From the human T2T-CHM13v2.0 reference genome, Homo sapiens, in the NCBI RefSeq assembly GCF_009914755.1, contig NC_060930.1: a stretch of DNA of 64,000 bases, one strand, 5' to 3'. Position numbers and translations under genes: made by a program. The notes below the pieces were generated by a model. It saw nothing but the letters and a program-made list of their open reading frames with translations. It searched no databases and was not told where the DNA came from. Positions 1 through 14,590 of the stretch are shown here, in pieces (position 1 is the first letter of the stretch; every line of letters begins with the position of its first letter).

Positions 1-486
1 GGGTAGAATTGCAGCATTTGAGAACTTGAAGAGACTTTAGAAATTGCCTCATCCAAAGTGTTCATTAAGTGGGGAAACCAAGGCCAAAAAATAATGAACT
101 CATTTACTAATGGTCATGTGACAGGGTCAGCGTTAGACAATTAATAGAAAACCAGATTTCTGGAGTCCGGATGATGCTTCTGGTTCGCGTCCTACTAGCT
201 GTATATTCACAGCACCTATCACTGGAGTTCCTGAATGGGCTGACACATTTATGTTGCCAATTTTGTTGCTAGTGAATAAAACTGACAAACGGTAACCACA
301 GTGGAACAAACTGGTGAGAGGAGGCCAGAGGAAAATGCAGCCACATGCCCTGTAGCATCTGCATCACTTGGATTTGTCCTCCTTGTGACATAATAAATTT
401 CCTGAAATGAATAGGGAATGTCATTTAGAATCAGAAGTGGACAACAGCAGGCTATCAGGTAAGCCGAAATGCCAGAAGCTAAGTAG

Positions 487-828
<342 letters not shown>

Positions 829-871
829 AGCACTGCATTGTTGACTTCTACTAAAGTTGTTCTTTAGTAGT

Positions 872-1100
872 TGGCTTACTGCAACCTCTGCCTCCCAGGT
901 TCACGCCATTCTCCTGCCTCAGCCTCCCGAGTAGCTGGGACTATAGGTGCCCGCCACCATGCCCGGCTAATTTTTGTATGTTTAGTAGAGAGGGGTTTCA
1001 CTATGTTGGTCAGACTGGTCTTGAACTCCTGACCTCTTGATCCACCTACCTCGTCCTCCCAAAGTGATGGGATTACAGGCGTGAGCCACCATGCCCGGCC
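872..1100 (-). mobile_element. Alu (AluS), lacking 3' end and poly(A)
   Basis: Antisense Alu from 'tggcttactgcaacc' to 'gcccggcc'; flanked by direct repeat ctaaagttgttc (851-862, 1100-1111). Confidence 0.92.
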
Positions 1101-1279
1101 TAAAGTTGTTCATTTTTATCCCTGCAAGTTTCCCTTCAGAGTAACATCCCCAAGATGACTATACTGGACCAAACCTGGCCTCTTAGGTCAGCCAGCAATT
1201 GGCCTTGAATACTGCAGCTGTAATTCACTGAGTTTGTTTTTTTAGTAAAATGAGATGAGAATAAGAACACAGCCTAGGG

Positions 1280-1473
1280 CAGCGGTCCCAAGCCTTTTGT
1301 TGTTTGGAAGACAACATTTCTGCAGACTGGGGGCAGCAGATGATTTTAGGATGATTTAAGCACATTACATTTATTGTACACTTTATTTCTATTATTATTA
1401 CATTGTAATATATAATGAAATAATTATACAACTCACCATAAAGTAGAATCAGTGGGAGCCCTGAGCTTGTTTT
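1280..1473 (-). mobile_element. MER1A fragment (hAT-Charlie), duplicated copy
   Basis: Starts with TIR cagcggtccc; matches 1950-2160. Confidence 0.85.
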
Positions 1474-1777
1474 TATTTTCTTTTTTTTGAGGGGCAGGGT
1501 GGGGTGGGGTGCAGAATTTCACTCTGTTGCCCAGGCTGGAGTGCAATGGCGCATCTCGGCTCACTGCAACCTCTGCCTCCTGGGTTCAAGCAGTTTTCCT
1601 GCCTCAGCCTCCCAAGTAGCTGGGATTACAGGCACCCGGCTAATTTTTGTATTTTTAGTAGAGACGGGTTTTCACCACGTTGTCCAGGCTGGTCTTGAAT
1701 TCCTGACCTCGGGTGATCCACCCACCTCAGCCTCCCAAAGTGTTGGGATTACAGGCATGAGCCACTGTGCCTGGCCG
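1474..1777 (-). mobile_element. Alu (AluS), duplicate of the 520-828 Alu
   Basis: Antisense Alu followed by the same flank gcactgcattgtt; shares variants caagcagtt and aaagtgttgggattacaggcatgagccac with 520-828. Confidence 0.92.
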
Positions 1778-1949
1778 GCACTGCATTGTTAACTTCTACT
1801 AAAGTTGTTGAGTAACGTCCCCAAGATGACTATATTGGACCAAACTTGGCCTCTTAGGTCAGCCAGCATTTGGCCTTGAATACTACAGCTGTAGTTCACT
1901 GAGTTTGTTCTTTAGTGACGTGAGACAAGAATGAGAACATAGCTTAGAG

Positions 1950-2766
<817 letters not shown>

Positions 2767-2980
2767 GCTTAGGGCCTCCCAATTTTCATTCTTTTGTATA
2801 CAATTTGTTCTTTTAACAAATATTTCTTGAACAGTTGTCATTTACTAAGTCCTGTGCTGGGTACTAAAAATATAGAGGTGAACCAGGCAGATGTCATTCC
2901 TGCTGTTAAGTAGCTTCCAGTCTAATGGTAAAGAATCATTTGAGATCGTCAAGATCTCAATGTCAGAAGCCAGGCAATCC

Positions 2981-3180
2981 TTCTGTGGACTGGGGACAGC
3001 AGGTGGCTTTAGGATGATTTAAGCACATTACATTTTTCGTACACTTTATTGCTATTATTATTACATTGCAATATATAATGAAATAATTATACAACTCACC
3101 ATAATATGGAATCAGTGGGAGTCCTGAGCTTGTTTACCTACAACTACTCAGTCCCATCTGGCGGTGATGGGAGACAGTGA
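2981..3180 (-). mobile_element. MER1A internal fragment without TIRs (third local copy)
   Basis: Matches 2002-2202, including tttaggatgatttaagcacattac. Confidence 0.85.
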
Positions 3181-4352
3181 GGAAATGGGAACGTGGAAAA
3201 GAGCTAAACCAAGAATGTAGGAAGCCCTGGATGGAGTAAAAAAGCAGAAGGGAACTCTACCCATTAGCACAGTGTGGCAGAGATGCCAGAATACATGCTT
3301 TGCTATAGAACATGGATGAAGACTGATGCTTTTTGCCTTCACTGAGAACCAAGTAACTCCAGCCTGAGGGATTCTGGCAGGAAAGCAACATTTCTATATT
3401 TTTGAAAGTTTTTATAATAGAAAATAGGCATCTAGAGGAGATTATGGAATATTGTCTGATGATCTTTACAACAGACCCACAGGCCTTGGGTGGTCTAGCC
3501 ATGATCTTGTTTGTGTCTGTCAGTGACAAATTGGGGAACTCTTCAGGGTCAGTCCAAGCGTGATTTGCATTCATATGGTTGACAGAATTCTTAGTGATCT
3601 TGGGCAATATGTATCTACTTTGTTATTTAGAAACAGGTATTACAATATTTGAAACTGATATTAGGTTTTATGAACTATAGGCAAGATACAAGTAAGTCAA
3701 ATTTTATTGAATTTAGTTTTTAATGCATTAATATGAATTACAAAGAGGCATCTTCTGAGCCAGCCATGTAGTTTTGCATATATTGCAACAACTTAAAAAT
3801 ATGTTAGCATTCAGTTGTATTTAGCCAGAAGAATACCAAATGTATCCAAGTCCATAAATTGAGAATTGAGCCAAATGTTCTATAAGAAAGATCATTCCGA
3901 TTATTAGAAACAATCAGCCTCCCACGGCCATCATCATTCTCCTTATCACAGTTATTACTGTTCCATCCAGCATGCTACTCTAACACTGGGTCAGCAAAAT
4001 CACAGTTGTATTACACATTTCAGGCCAATTTAGTTAGTGGTTATACCCTCCGCACTAACATAGACAACTCAGTACAAATAAGGTATTCAGGAGACTGATA
4101 ACTGGGCCTCCTTGCCTCAAGTGAATTCCTTGAATAAAATGTGTTCCAGTCCTTATCCTCTATATTGGGTTCTAGTCCAGTTCTTTATTAATATTATATT
4201 TATTCACTTCTGTTCAGCAAAGACAAAAGGTATCAAGAATGGACTAAACACTAGGAGTGAAAGTTAAAGTAGTCCAGTAAGTAGATAGCCTTGAATGCTG
4301 GACAGAATCTGATTTCGAAGAGCCAGTCTTTCACCAAGGTCAGATATTATGA

Positions 4353-4658
4353 TTTTCTTTTTATTTTGAGACAGGGTTTTGCTCTGTCACCCGGGCTGGG
4401 GTGCAGTGGTGCAATCACAACTCACGGAAGCCTTAAACTCCTAGGTTCAAGTGATTCTCCCTCCTCAGGCTCCCAAGTAGCTGGGGCCTCAGATGCGTGC
4501 CACCACACCTGGTTAATTTATTTTTGTTTTTATAGAGACAGGGTCTCAGTATGTTGCCCAGGCTGGTCTCAAACTCCTGGGCTCAAGGGCTCAAGCAGTC
4601 CTCCCGCCTCAGCCTCCCAAAGTGCTGGGATTACAGGTGTGAGCCACCACACATGGCC
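4353..4658 (-). mobile_element. AluJ
   Basis: Antisense Alu with J-type ctcctgggctcaag; small internal duplication gggctcaa. Confidence 0.9.
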
Positions 4659-4778
4659 AGCTATTTTTTATTTTAGGTTAAAATTAGCTAAATAGATTTT
4701 CTATTTTAAAATCAAAACATATTGCCTGTATTATACTTTTTCTGTGGTTCTATTATTTTTTAAAAATGATAAAGTGTC

Positions 4779-5072
<294 letters not shown>

Positions 5073-5335
5073 TGATAGAGTATCTTTCTGGTTTAGAGAA
5101 GGAAACAGGAGACAGCTAAGGAGCCCAGGAACGAGGCTGAAGGCGACAGAGATGGGAGCATAAAGTTGATAGGTGTGTTTGACAGCACAATTATACTACA
5201 ATCTTTTGATGCAGAAGAGAGCATAAGATTAAGTACATTTGATTATTACCTATATATATATTACACTAATATAATACAAAGTTTGGAGAAAAAAATATGC
5301 AACATTATTTAATCACTCACCCCTTCTTTCTCCCT

Positions 5336-5708
5336 TTTATGGACTGAGTGTGTCTTCCCACAAATTCATACGTGGAAGCCCTTACTACCAGTGTGGCTGT
5401 ATTTGGACAGAAGTTATTAAAGCTAAATGAGGTCAAAGCAGGGCCCTGATGTGGAAGGATTAGATAAGAAGACTCACCAGAGAGCTTGCTAGCCTAGTGT
5501 CTCTCTCTCTTAAAAAAGAGGTCATGTGAATACACAGCACCGTGGCTGCCACCTGCAAGCCAAGAGAAGAGGCCTCAGAATGAAACTTACCTTGCCAGCA
5601 ACTTGATCTTGGAATTCCCAGTCTCCAGAACTGTGAGAAATGAATTTCTGTTTTTGAAGTGGCCTAATCTGTGGTGTTTTCTTACAGCAGCTTGAGCAGA
5701 CTGATAAC
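5336..5708 (+). mobile_element. MaLR solo LTR (MLT1A-like)
   Basis: 'tatggactga...aaattcata...gccatctgcaagcc-like...ctccagaactgtgagaaa' pattern. Confidence 0.8.
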
Positions 5709-6226
5709 GCTATTTCCAATGTCACTCCTAAGAGAGGAAGCCCTGTAGAAGATGTGGCACTGTTAATGGGCTATTAATTCATAAAATAAGCAAATAGAGA
5801 ACAGAGCATATTACTTTTCAGGGTGAGTGATTTAAATTTTGAGTAAATGGCAGCCTGCATCACCATCCTCAGCACTCACTTTTGTTCACTTTTAGGTGAT
5901 GTTCTGCTAGGTCTGCAGGATGCAAGTAAAATAGACGTGGTCTCTACCTAGCAGAGTATTCTGTTGATTCATTCTAGGTTTGATAGTTTGTGTTTTAACC
6001 AGAAAAAAAAAATATGTATTGTGGGATCCTCCCACTATCCTAACTTTATTCTGGCATGCCTAAATAGGAATAGGCAGACTCAAAACATAAATCTGCTCAC
6101 AGCTGGAAGGTCGTACAAAGATTGAAGTGAATGGAGGATGCAGGCAAAGGGTGGAGGAAGGGACATGACCTTGAACTTTAGAAATGTAAATTGATACTAA
6201 ACTTTAAAGTGAATTATTGTGAAGGG

Positions 6227-6258
<32 letters not shown>
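6227..6258. repeat. Poly-T tract (~31 nt)
   Basis: Visible T run. Confidence 0.95.
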
Positions 6259-6259
<1 letters not shown>

Positions 6260-8249
6260 TTAGACCAGGCTTGTAAAGCTTACTGGGTAACCTATCTAGA
6301 GGAAGAACTGGGTTTTGACCCATTGGCTTATCACATTTCACGTTTTATGTGTTAAGTCATGAAGTACAAGAAAACAAGTGGATAGGAACAATTGCAGGTT
6401 TTGAAACCCAAAAGGTAGCAGGGTGGTCCCTTTTGATCTGTGTGCTGTTTCTTTTAACTGTGTGCTTTCCAGTAGTTAGAGTCTGAAATTATTACAACTG
6501 GGAATGACCTTCTTCTCCTTTGAGCTCCCTGTTTTTTTAACCACATCCCCACAGATGTTGTTAACTTTTGAGTTTTATGTCAATCTACATAGACAGCCTA
6601 CAGAGGTTAAAATGAGAACCTTTCCAAACCACAGTTCCCCTCACCCCTCCTTTTTTAAACAACAGACTTTTCTGGATAGAAATCAAATTGATAGCTAAAG
6701 GAAATAAATTTGATCATTTGCTTTCCACCCCCTGGTGTTAGTTCTGGTATCCTAGGAGCCAAACAAGCGATTGGCTCATTCACAAGCCTCTCTAAAGGTA
6801 CAAGAGAAATTCCTTCTCTGATTAGAGATTAAACCAATGCTTCAGATCTTTCAAATACACAGGCTAATTAGAAATCGTTGGGCAGCCATAGCGGGCAAAG
6901 CTTCTTACATTTGTGTCTTCTTTTCCACTCTTTAACCTTGGGGAAATCATACTTGGGAAGCTTCTTAGGAAAGCAAATCAAGTGTTGGTGACACTGTGAG
7001 TACAGATTAATATAATATTAGTAATTACACTTGGGAGGCTGTGGACACTTGAAAAATATGTCATTTTGTCCTGTAGGGAAAAGAACAAGTGCAAAGACTG
7101 AGGATGTGATGAGACTCAGGGAATTGAAACTCGTGAAGAAACTCCAATGGTCTTAGTTTTCTGTTTGTCTTTAAAGCATTCTGATTTGGATATGTCAGCA
7201 TAGTGACAAATTTATTTATTAAGCATAGCTTTCGCAAGTGTTATTTTTAAGGAAAGTCTGTGTGTCTAGAGATGCCAGGAAAAATAACAAGGAGAGATTG
7301 GATCTATTCTATGAATAGTTTCAAGAGGCATGTAGCTTCTCCCTCCTGTCGTGCGTGACTTCTGGAATACAGAAAGAGCTTTTAATTGCATCTGTGTGCA
7401 ATAAGAAAAAACAAAGGTGACATAGAAAGGCAGCATAGTATAAGTTTTTAAATGTATAGTGAATAATTAATCTGATATTAAAAAAGAAGAGGACTCAAGC
7501 TCTCTGTTACTATAAACATTAATAAGGTGGAGGATAAATAATTGGAAACATAATGCAAATTTTGACAAGTCAGGTTTACACTCTTGTTCCAGGACAAAGT
7601 TAACTCCTTGTAACCCACACAATTATAGACAGGGTCAGTTTGAATTCCCTTGAGGCTCTGGCATTCTAACTAAGGAATACTATTTCTAGATCTTCAAATG
7701 GTCTACTGGTTTTATGTTTTCTATGGAAAATGGAAAGCATTGTGCTTACTTAAGGTGGATATATTTCTTAAAAAAACATTATTCTTGTTGATGCAAATCA
7801 ATTCATGTCTTGGCCTCCTGCCCCCACCCCTCTTCACCTCCTGCCCCTAGTTCCACCAGAAATAGTATAAAGGAATGCTTGTATTCTAAAATAATTCATT
7901 GTGGTAATTTATTTTTGTTGTTACACTGATCGTGAGAGATTTGTAGTAGTATTCTGACATTTTCTTGATTGTAAGAGCAGAGGAAAAGTTATTTTACTTT
8001 TGAGCCTTACAAAACCATTTAACTTCATGCAAGGAAACTAATTTAAAGCCGAAGAATGCCCCTCTTGCCCTGGCTAACCATCTAGCCTGTCATAGAGCAG
8101 TTAATAACCAGATTCCCATTCAACCATGGCACATTGCCCTACTGCAAACTTGGCAGCCTCAGTGGGGCCTCCATACCACTTTAGCCATCCTATTATGTTT
8201 GTCTAGAATATTCACTTTCCTTTTGTACCCAGAGACTTACTCCTCCTCT

Positions 8250-9900
8250 AGTATCCCCAGGTCTCCTCCTTTCCATTTTCAATTTCCTACTCCCATCCCC
8301 ACTATATGATTTGGCCTTAGGAGCCTAATATAGAAAACAGCAGCCCTCAGACAGGAATGCCCCCAACTTCCCACCGTCTAATCTACCTTTTATCTGGGTT
8401 GCTCCTCCTGTTACAATAGAAGAAATGTCCCTCTGCTTTTTAAAGATTAGCATGTGTCCTGTTCTCCCACCTACTCAGAATCCCACATCCTCTCCTCTCT
8501 CTTATGGATCTCAGTTTTCATTTATTACTAGATCCTTCCTCTACTCAATCAAGCATACTGAAGCACCTCCCATGTTAGAAAACACTCCTTTGACTTTATG
8601 TTTTCCTCTGGCTACTAGTAGTTTCACCTCTCATCATGGAACTTCTCAAGTTGCTCACTGCTTTACTGAAACTGCTCTTGTAAGGTCCACACCCTCCATG
8701 TTGCTACTTGAAAGATTTCCTCTTACTTAGCATCCCAAGAATATTTACCCAATTGAACAGTCCTTCTTATTTAAGGCCCTCTTCTCTTGGCTTCTGTTTC
8801 ACTGTGCCTTCCTGTTTTTCCTTCTCTCTCCCTTGCTACTCCTCCACCTCTCCCCAACCTCTACCTGTTACATCCCTGTGGGTTGCTATCTAGGCCTTCG
8901 CTTTGGGACTCCCTCTTTTGAGGATTTTCATCACACACTTGGCTTCAACTATCATCTACCAGCTGATACAACCCAAGTTTATATTTCCAACAGGATTTCC
9001 TTCTAAGCACCAGACCCCTACTTGATATCCCTAGTCTGTGTTGTGAGGACCTCGGATTCAAGATGGCCAAAACTAAACTCATCATTCACCTCCCAGACCT
9101 GATCCACCTTCTGTGTCTCCTTCCTCCGTAAATGGCCTGACATCCACTCTTTCACTCAGAATGAAAAAAGTAATTCTGAACACCTCATTGTCTACCACCT
9201 CTCACATCCAGTCAGTCTCTAAATCCTGCTGATCATAGCTCTTAATTATTTCTGGGATGTGTTCACTTTTTTCTAATTCCAGTGACTCCTTCCTAGGCTA
9301 TCCAATAAGATAGCTATCCTAGGCTATCTCTTGCCTGAGCCATCACAACAGCCTCCTATCATCTTCCTACATCCACGTGGGCAACTGCAATCAAGTCTCT
9401 GCCCTGTAGCCATGGTAATGGGATAAAAGCAAAAACATAGTCATATCATTTCCTCTTTAATACACTTCAGTAACTTACAACACATGAAGTCCTTGATGTG
9501 GCCTATTAGGCCCTGCCTGCTTCCCTGGCTTGGTCACTCCAGCCACACAGCCACCTCAATGCTCTGTGTTTCCGGCTCTGTGGCCTCTGCATGTGACCTC
9601 GCAGTCTTCACCTGGGTAAAGTCTTAGTTATCCCTTCCATCTCTGTCTAAATGTAACTTGCTCAGACATCCTCTGAATTAAATCAGGCACAATTATCACA
9701 GTTGTTCATCATGCCTTTTAGTTTCCCTCGAACTTTTCTCCATTCACCATCATATGTCTCCTCTTCTGATGATCTAACGTTTGTCACCTCCAGTAGAATG
9801 CAAGTTGTAGGCTGTCTGTCTGTTGAGTCTTACACATTCCTGGCATGTGGTGGATGCCCACTCACAGTAGTCAAGTGAATCAGTGAGTGAGTGATGAATA
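8250..9900 (+). mobile_element. L2 LINE remnant (3' part)
   Basis: Pyrimidine-rich degenerate L2 motifs (ggcttcaactatcatcta, ctaaactcatc, tagaatgcaag, cctggcatgtggtgg) ending in (tgaa/tgag)n. Confidence 0.65.
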
Positions 9901-10550
9901 GGAACATCCTCTGGAATGGACTGAATTCTCTGGTCACTCAGACTGGCTCTTTTAGAGCCACTGATGGTGGGACAGGCTCCCATTCCCATGGGGTGCAGCT
10001 TGCTTGTGAGGTAGAGTGTTCCTGTTTTCATCAAAAATCACTCCCAGTGGAGATACTCTGTGGGTGTGGATGTGGATGTGGGTGTGGGTGTATACCCTTT
10101 TACCTCTAAAGAGTGTTTCATCTTGAAGAATTCTACATGAACATGAAAGATAACTTAGGTAAAATCCAAACATAACTACATTGACCCAATAAAATGACAT
10201 TAACTTGGAATGTTTCAACAAGAGATATTAATGCATAAACACACTTTTCAGCTTTCTCTTTACCAAGATTGTTTATAGTTTGTTTGCTTGTTTTTTAAAT
10301 TGAGAAACAAACAAGTCACACATTTAAAAATTAGCACTAGCCTCAGTCAAAGTCTTCTGTAATTTGTGAGCCTTATGGATGATAGTAAATCAGGAAGGGT
10401 TGTTGATTTAATGTCACAACAAGGGCTAGTTTTAGTCTGCTTGACTGCATAATAATCAACAATATTCAAACAAGCAAATATTGAGTGTGTTATGAAACCC
10501 TGGTGGTGAGGGAAAGAATAACAACAAAACTAGAAAAGGAAGCCAAATAC

Positions 10551-10790
10551 TGTAGAAGAGGAAAATATCTAGTCCTCAACCATCACTAGGTTTATGGCTG
10601 ATGCCCCTACATCAATCAAAAGATAGATTCACAAGCAAAAGAACATACAAATTTATTTAATGTTAAGTTTAGTATAAGTTTTGGGGGATAAAGACCCCAA
10701 GAAACAGGTAAACTTGTTATTTTTATGCTTAGGTTTGATGAAGAAGTGGTTAGCTATAGTGAAATATGATTGGAGGCAAAAGGTCTGTAG
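10551..10790 (-). mobile_element. ERV1 LTR fragment (MER34-related)
   Basis: Resembles 37344-37500 (aaagatagatt...catacaaatttatttaat). Confidence 0.45.
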
Positions 10791-11525
10791 TGATTTTTTT
10801 TCTAGTATTTGCAAAAAAGAACTATTTCTACATGTGTATAAACCCCAACCGTTAAACTTGATAACTTGTCTGCCTGTAGTAGGTATGTCACAAAACTACG
10901 AAGACACACCATTCAGTAAAGGAGTGGAGGAAAAAATTTCTTTTTTCAGCTCTCCACTCGCTCACCTCCAAAACTCTCTGTCTCCATACCTGAGTACCAC
11001 ACTGTTGCACGTTATATTTATTCAGTTATTCCTCTCTTACCTTGCAATGGAAGTCTTGGTATTTCCATCTCTTGGCTTCTTAAATTCCCAAATTGTAAGC
11101 TAGCTGGATGGTTGTGTTTTAGCATGATTACCCTCACCAAATTGTGTGATTATTAACTTTAGGAAATCCTCTGTGGAGTTGAATTAATCAATCAACAAGC
11201 ATTTATTTAACTATGAATTAGAGGAAGGATTCTGCAGAATGTAAGACGATTGATGCTTGTGCCCTGTTTATATCTCCTCAGTTACTTAAGGAGGCTAACA
11301 TAATGCTGATAATAAGGAAAGGGTAAAGAGAAGAGGTGACCAGGTGTTCCAGATTGCAATTTCAATGACTAGCTTGTTTAAGCTACTTCTCAGATAGTAG
11401 TATACAGTACATTAGAATTTCTTAAAGATTTTGTTAAAACTGATGTTCCTGGGCTCAACTCCCCCAACCCTCCAGAGATCCTGATTTAGTAAATCTTGAA
11501 TAGTCCCATAAACTTTCATTTTTAT

Positions 11526-11903
11526 GTGTCTTAGTCCATTTTGTGTTGTTATAACAGAATACCAGAATACCACAGACCATAAGTAATTTATAATGAACAA
11601 AAATGTATTTGGCTTATGGTTCTGGAGGCTGGAAATTTCAAGAGCATAGTGCTGGCATCTTTTGAGGGCCTTGATGCTGTGTCAGCCCATGATGAAAGGC
11701 CAAAGGGCAAGTAAGGGCAAGAGCAAGAGAGAGCAGAACTCACTTCTATAACAGTCCACTCTCACAATAACCACATCAGTCCATTCATGAGAGCAGAGTC
11801 CTCATGACCTGATCACTTCTTATTAACCCCACTTCCCAAGACCATTGCACTAGGGATTAAGTTCCCAACACCTGAACTTTGGGGGACACATTTAGACCAT
11901 AGC
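11526..11903 (-). mobile_element. MaLR solo LTR (MSTC/MSTD-like)
   Basis: tgtcttagtccatttt...ggttctggaggctgg...ggggacacatttagaccatagca. Confidence 0.85.
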
Positions 11904-14191
11904 AGTATGCTTCCAAGAGATATGGATGTTGCTGGTCTGACCACACCGAGTACACCTGGTTTAGTCTAGCCAACAACAGGAGCAGCTGACTCACGTGATT
12001 TCCGTCTACCACTTTTGCAATAAACCTGTGTTGTAAGAAATGAAAGAATAGCTGAAAAAATATAGAAGAACCTCTAGTTATGTAACTCACAGAGTGATGT
12101 GGTCAGAACGTGGTGGATATGGTACTCAAAACAGTATATTGAGTGGTGGACAGTATTTCACCATTGGTACAAGCAGCACGTGGGCTGACCAGCAAAAAGT
12201 ATGTTGCCAGAATCTGAATAAGTAGGAGAGGACAAGAGATTTCTGAAAAGACAAAGAGGAGCTTAACTTTTGCAATAAGAATGGCTGTCACAAACTCAGT
12301 GGTACGTCTCAGTGGTGCTGCTCATAATCAGTGAAGAGCTCTTAACTCAGGGAAGACCCACCTATTCATGGAGGGAGCCTCGTGGGTAAAGCCAGATGCA
12401 TAGAATACTGGGTTTCCCTACAGCATGCTTGCTGCTCAAGGGTTAATACCACTAGGTTTCAAAGAGGTCTTGCTGAACGTCCATTCTCTAGATACCCCAA
12501 AAATTATCTGAAGAGGCTTTCCTCCCTAGCCAGAGGATGCTTGTCAAAATTTGGGTAACTTAAAAAACACTTGCATTGCTTACTGACCCAGAGCTTCACC
12601 TCTGTAATTAGAATAGCACTTTTCTTTGTTTTCCCAGAGGGCAAAGGAGTTGCCAAGTATTTAGCAATCAGCATCTAACAAGCCCCATGGAAGGAACTAT
12701 TGATTGGGCTGGAGGAAAAACAAGTACAATCAAGTTTCAGACTAATCATCAGAATTCAACATTGACCAAGTTGTCCTGGAGACTCATTAAAACCCCTCTC
12801 TTTGGCTCGGAGTAAGGGAGTTTCTGGGTTTTTGGAGAAGGTCATTGGCCTTATGAAAAACCATGGTTCTGAAATTTGGAATATTTTCTTACTCTCAAGG
12901 AACCAAAAACACAGTGAATAAAAATTGTAAATCCCCACAGTAGGTTTTATAATTATAAATGAAAGACAGGGAGAACTTCAGCATTTAACATCATAGCCAG
13001 TCCATTCACAGCAATTCCACTATGAATTGTGCATATTTTGGTGTCAATTTTGGTGTGGTTTCTTTTGGCTTGGTAACATTACAGAGCAACCAAGCCTGTT
13101 GCCAGATCTCTTTTAGGTACCTAGGTAGACTGTGTGGGACCTCAAGAATGTACAAAATCACCCCAGAAGAAAAAAATGTTGCCATTGTTTCCAGTTTCTA
13201 AATGTCTACATTAGTAGTGAAAACTGTTCTTATTTTGAAAAGCTCACAAAACATCCTGGTGTGATAGCAGTGTGTGCTATTTTGAAAATGTAGTTGATGT
13301 TGCATTATGTTATTCATATGCAAATCACACCTTTAAAAATAATCTCTAACGTGACAGACAGACCCCCATTGCTTCCTTTATGGCCAGCCAACCTTGGTCC
13401 AAGAAGCGAGCTTGTAAAAGGAGCTCACAACCTTTGCTTCGTTCTTTGTAGTGTGAGGCAGTCCAAGCCATGCTATTTTCTTTCTTTCTGGAACTTAAGA
13501 GGCTCAGTTTGCCTCGGCTTGAATTGATTGGAATTCATTTTATGATACCATCAAAACAAAAGAGAGAAATTTTTCTACTTATTTCCACCTATTAAGGTTT
13601 GTCGCAAATGTGGCTTGGAAACATGCAAAATGAATTACTTCGTCCTGTTGGGAAAAAATGCCATGCTGTTAATTGCATTGCTTTTCTGGCAAGCATATTA
13701 GTGTTCAGCAGTAGATATAATTGGAGGCACATTATAAATTAGAGATGAGATGACCACTCTTAAGCATGAGATCTCTAATAGCTTTGGATATAGGTGGTAT
13801 CTGAATTCTTTTCCAAGGAGAAACAGGAAAGTTGCTAAAAAATGCTGACTGTGGTTTGTTATTGTTGTGAGAATTTGCAAATACTTTCTGTAGTGTTTGC
13901 ATGGTGATTATGTTACTTTTGTAAGAAGAAATTATTCTTGAAATAACAGATGTTAAAATTTTCAGGACTACTATTATTTCAATTCATCTCCCAGTACCTG
14001 TAGTAGCTTCTTGAGATGAGCATTTCTCCTTCCAAAACAAAAAGTATATATAATTGTTATTATGGGGTAGAAGTGTTTCTTTGTTCTGAACTTTTAAATT
14101 TGAACTAATTTTAAACTTACAGGAAAGTTGTGAAAATAGCACATAGCATCCTTATACCCCATACCTTGTGACACCCATTGTTGGCATTTGA

Positions 14192-14590
<399 letters not shown>

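Noticed and set aside
6227-6258. Poly-T as the tail of a retrocopy
   Set aside because: No adjacent element body or clear TSD found
10059-10091. CGCGCGCGC peptide / (TGTGGR)n
   Set aside because: Short simple repeat; the Cys-Gly run is a translation artefact
12615-12760. Possible splice acceptor (tttctttgttttcccag) and exon
   Set aside because: No convincing donor or recognisable peptide; cannot be supported without transcript data
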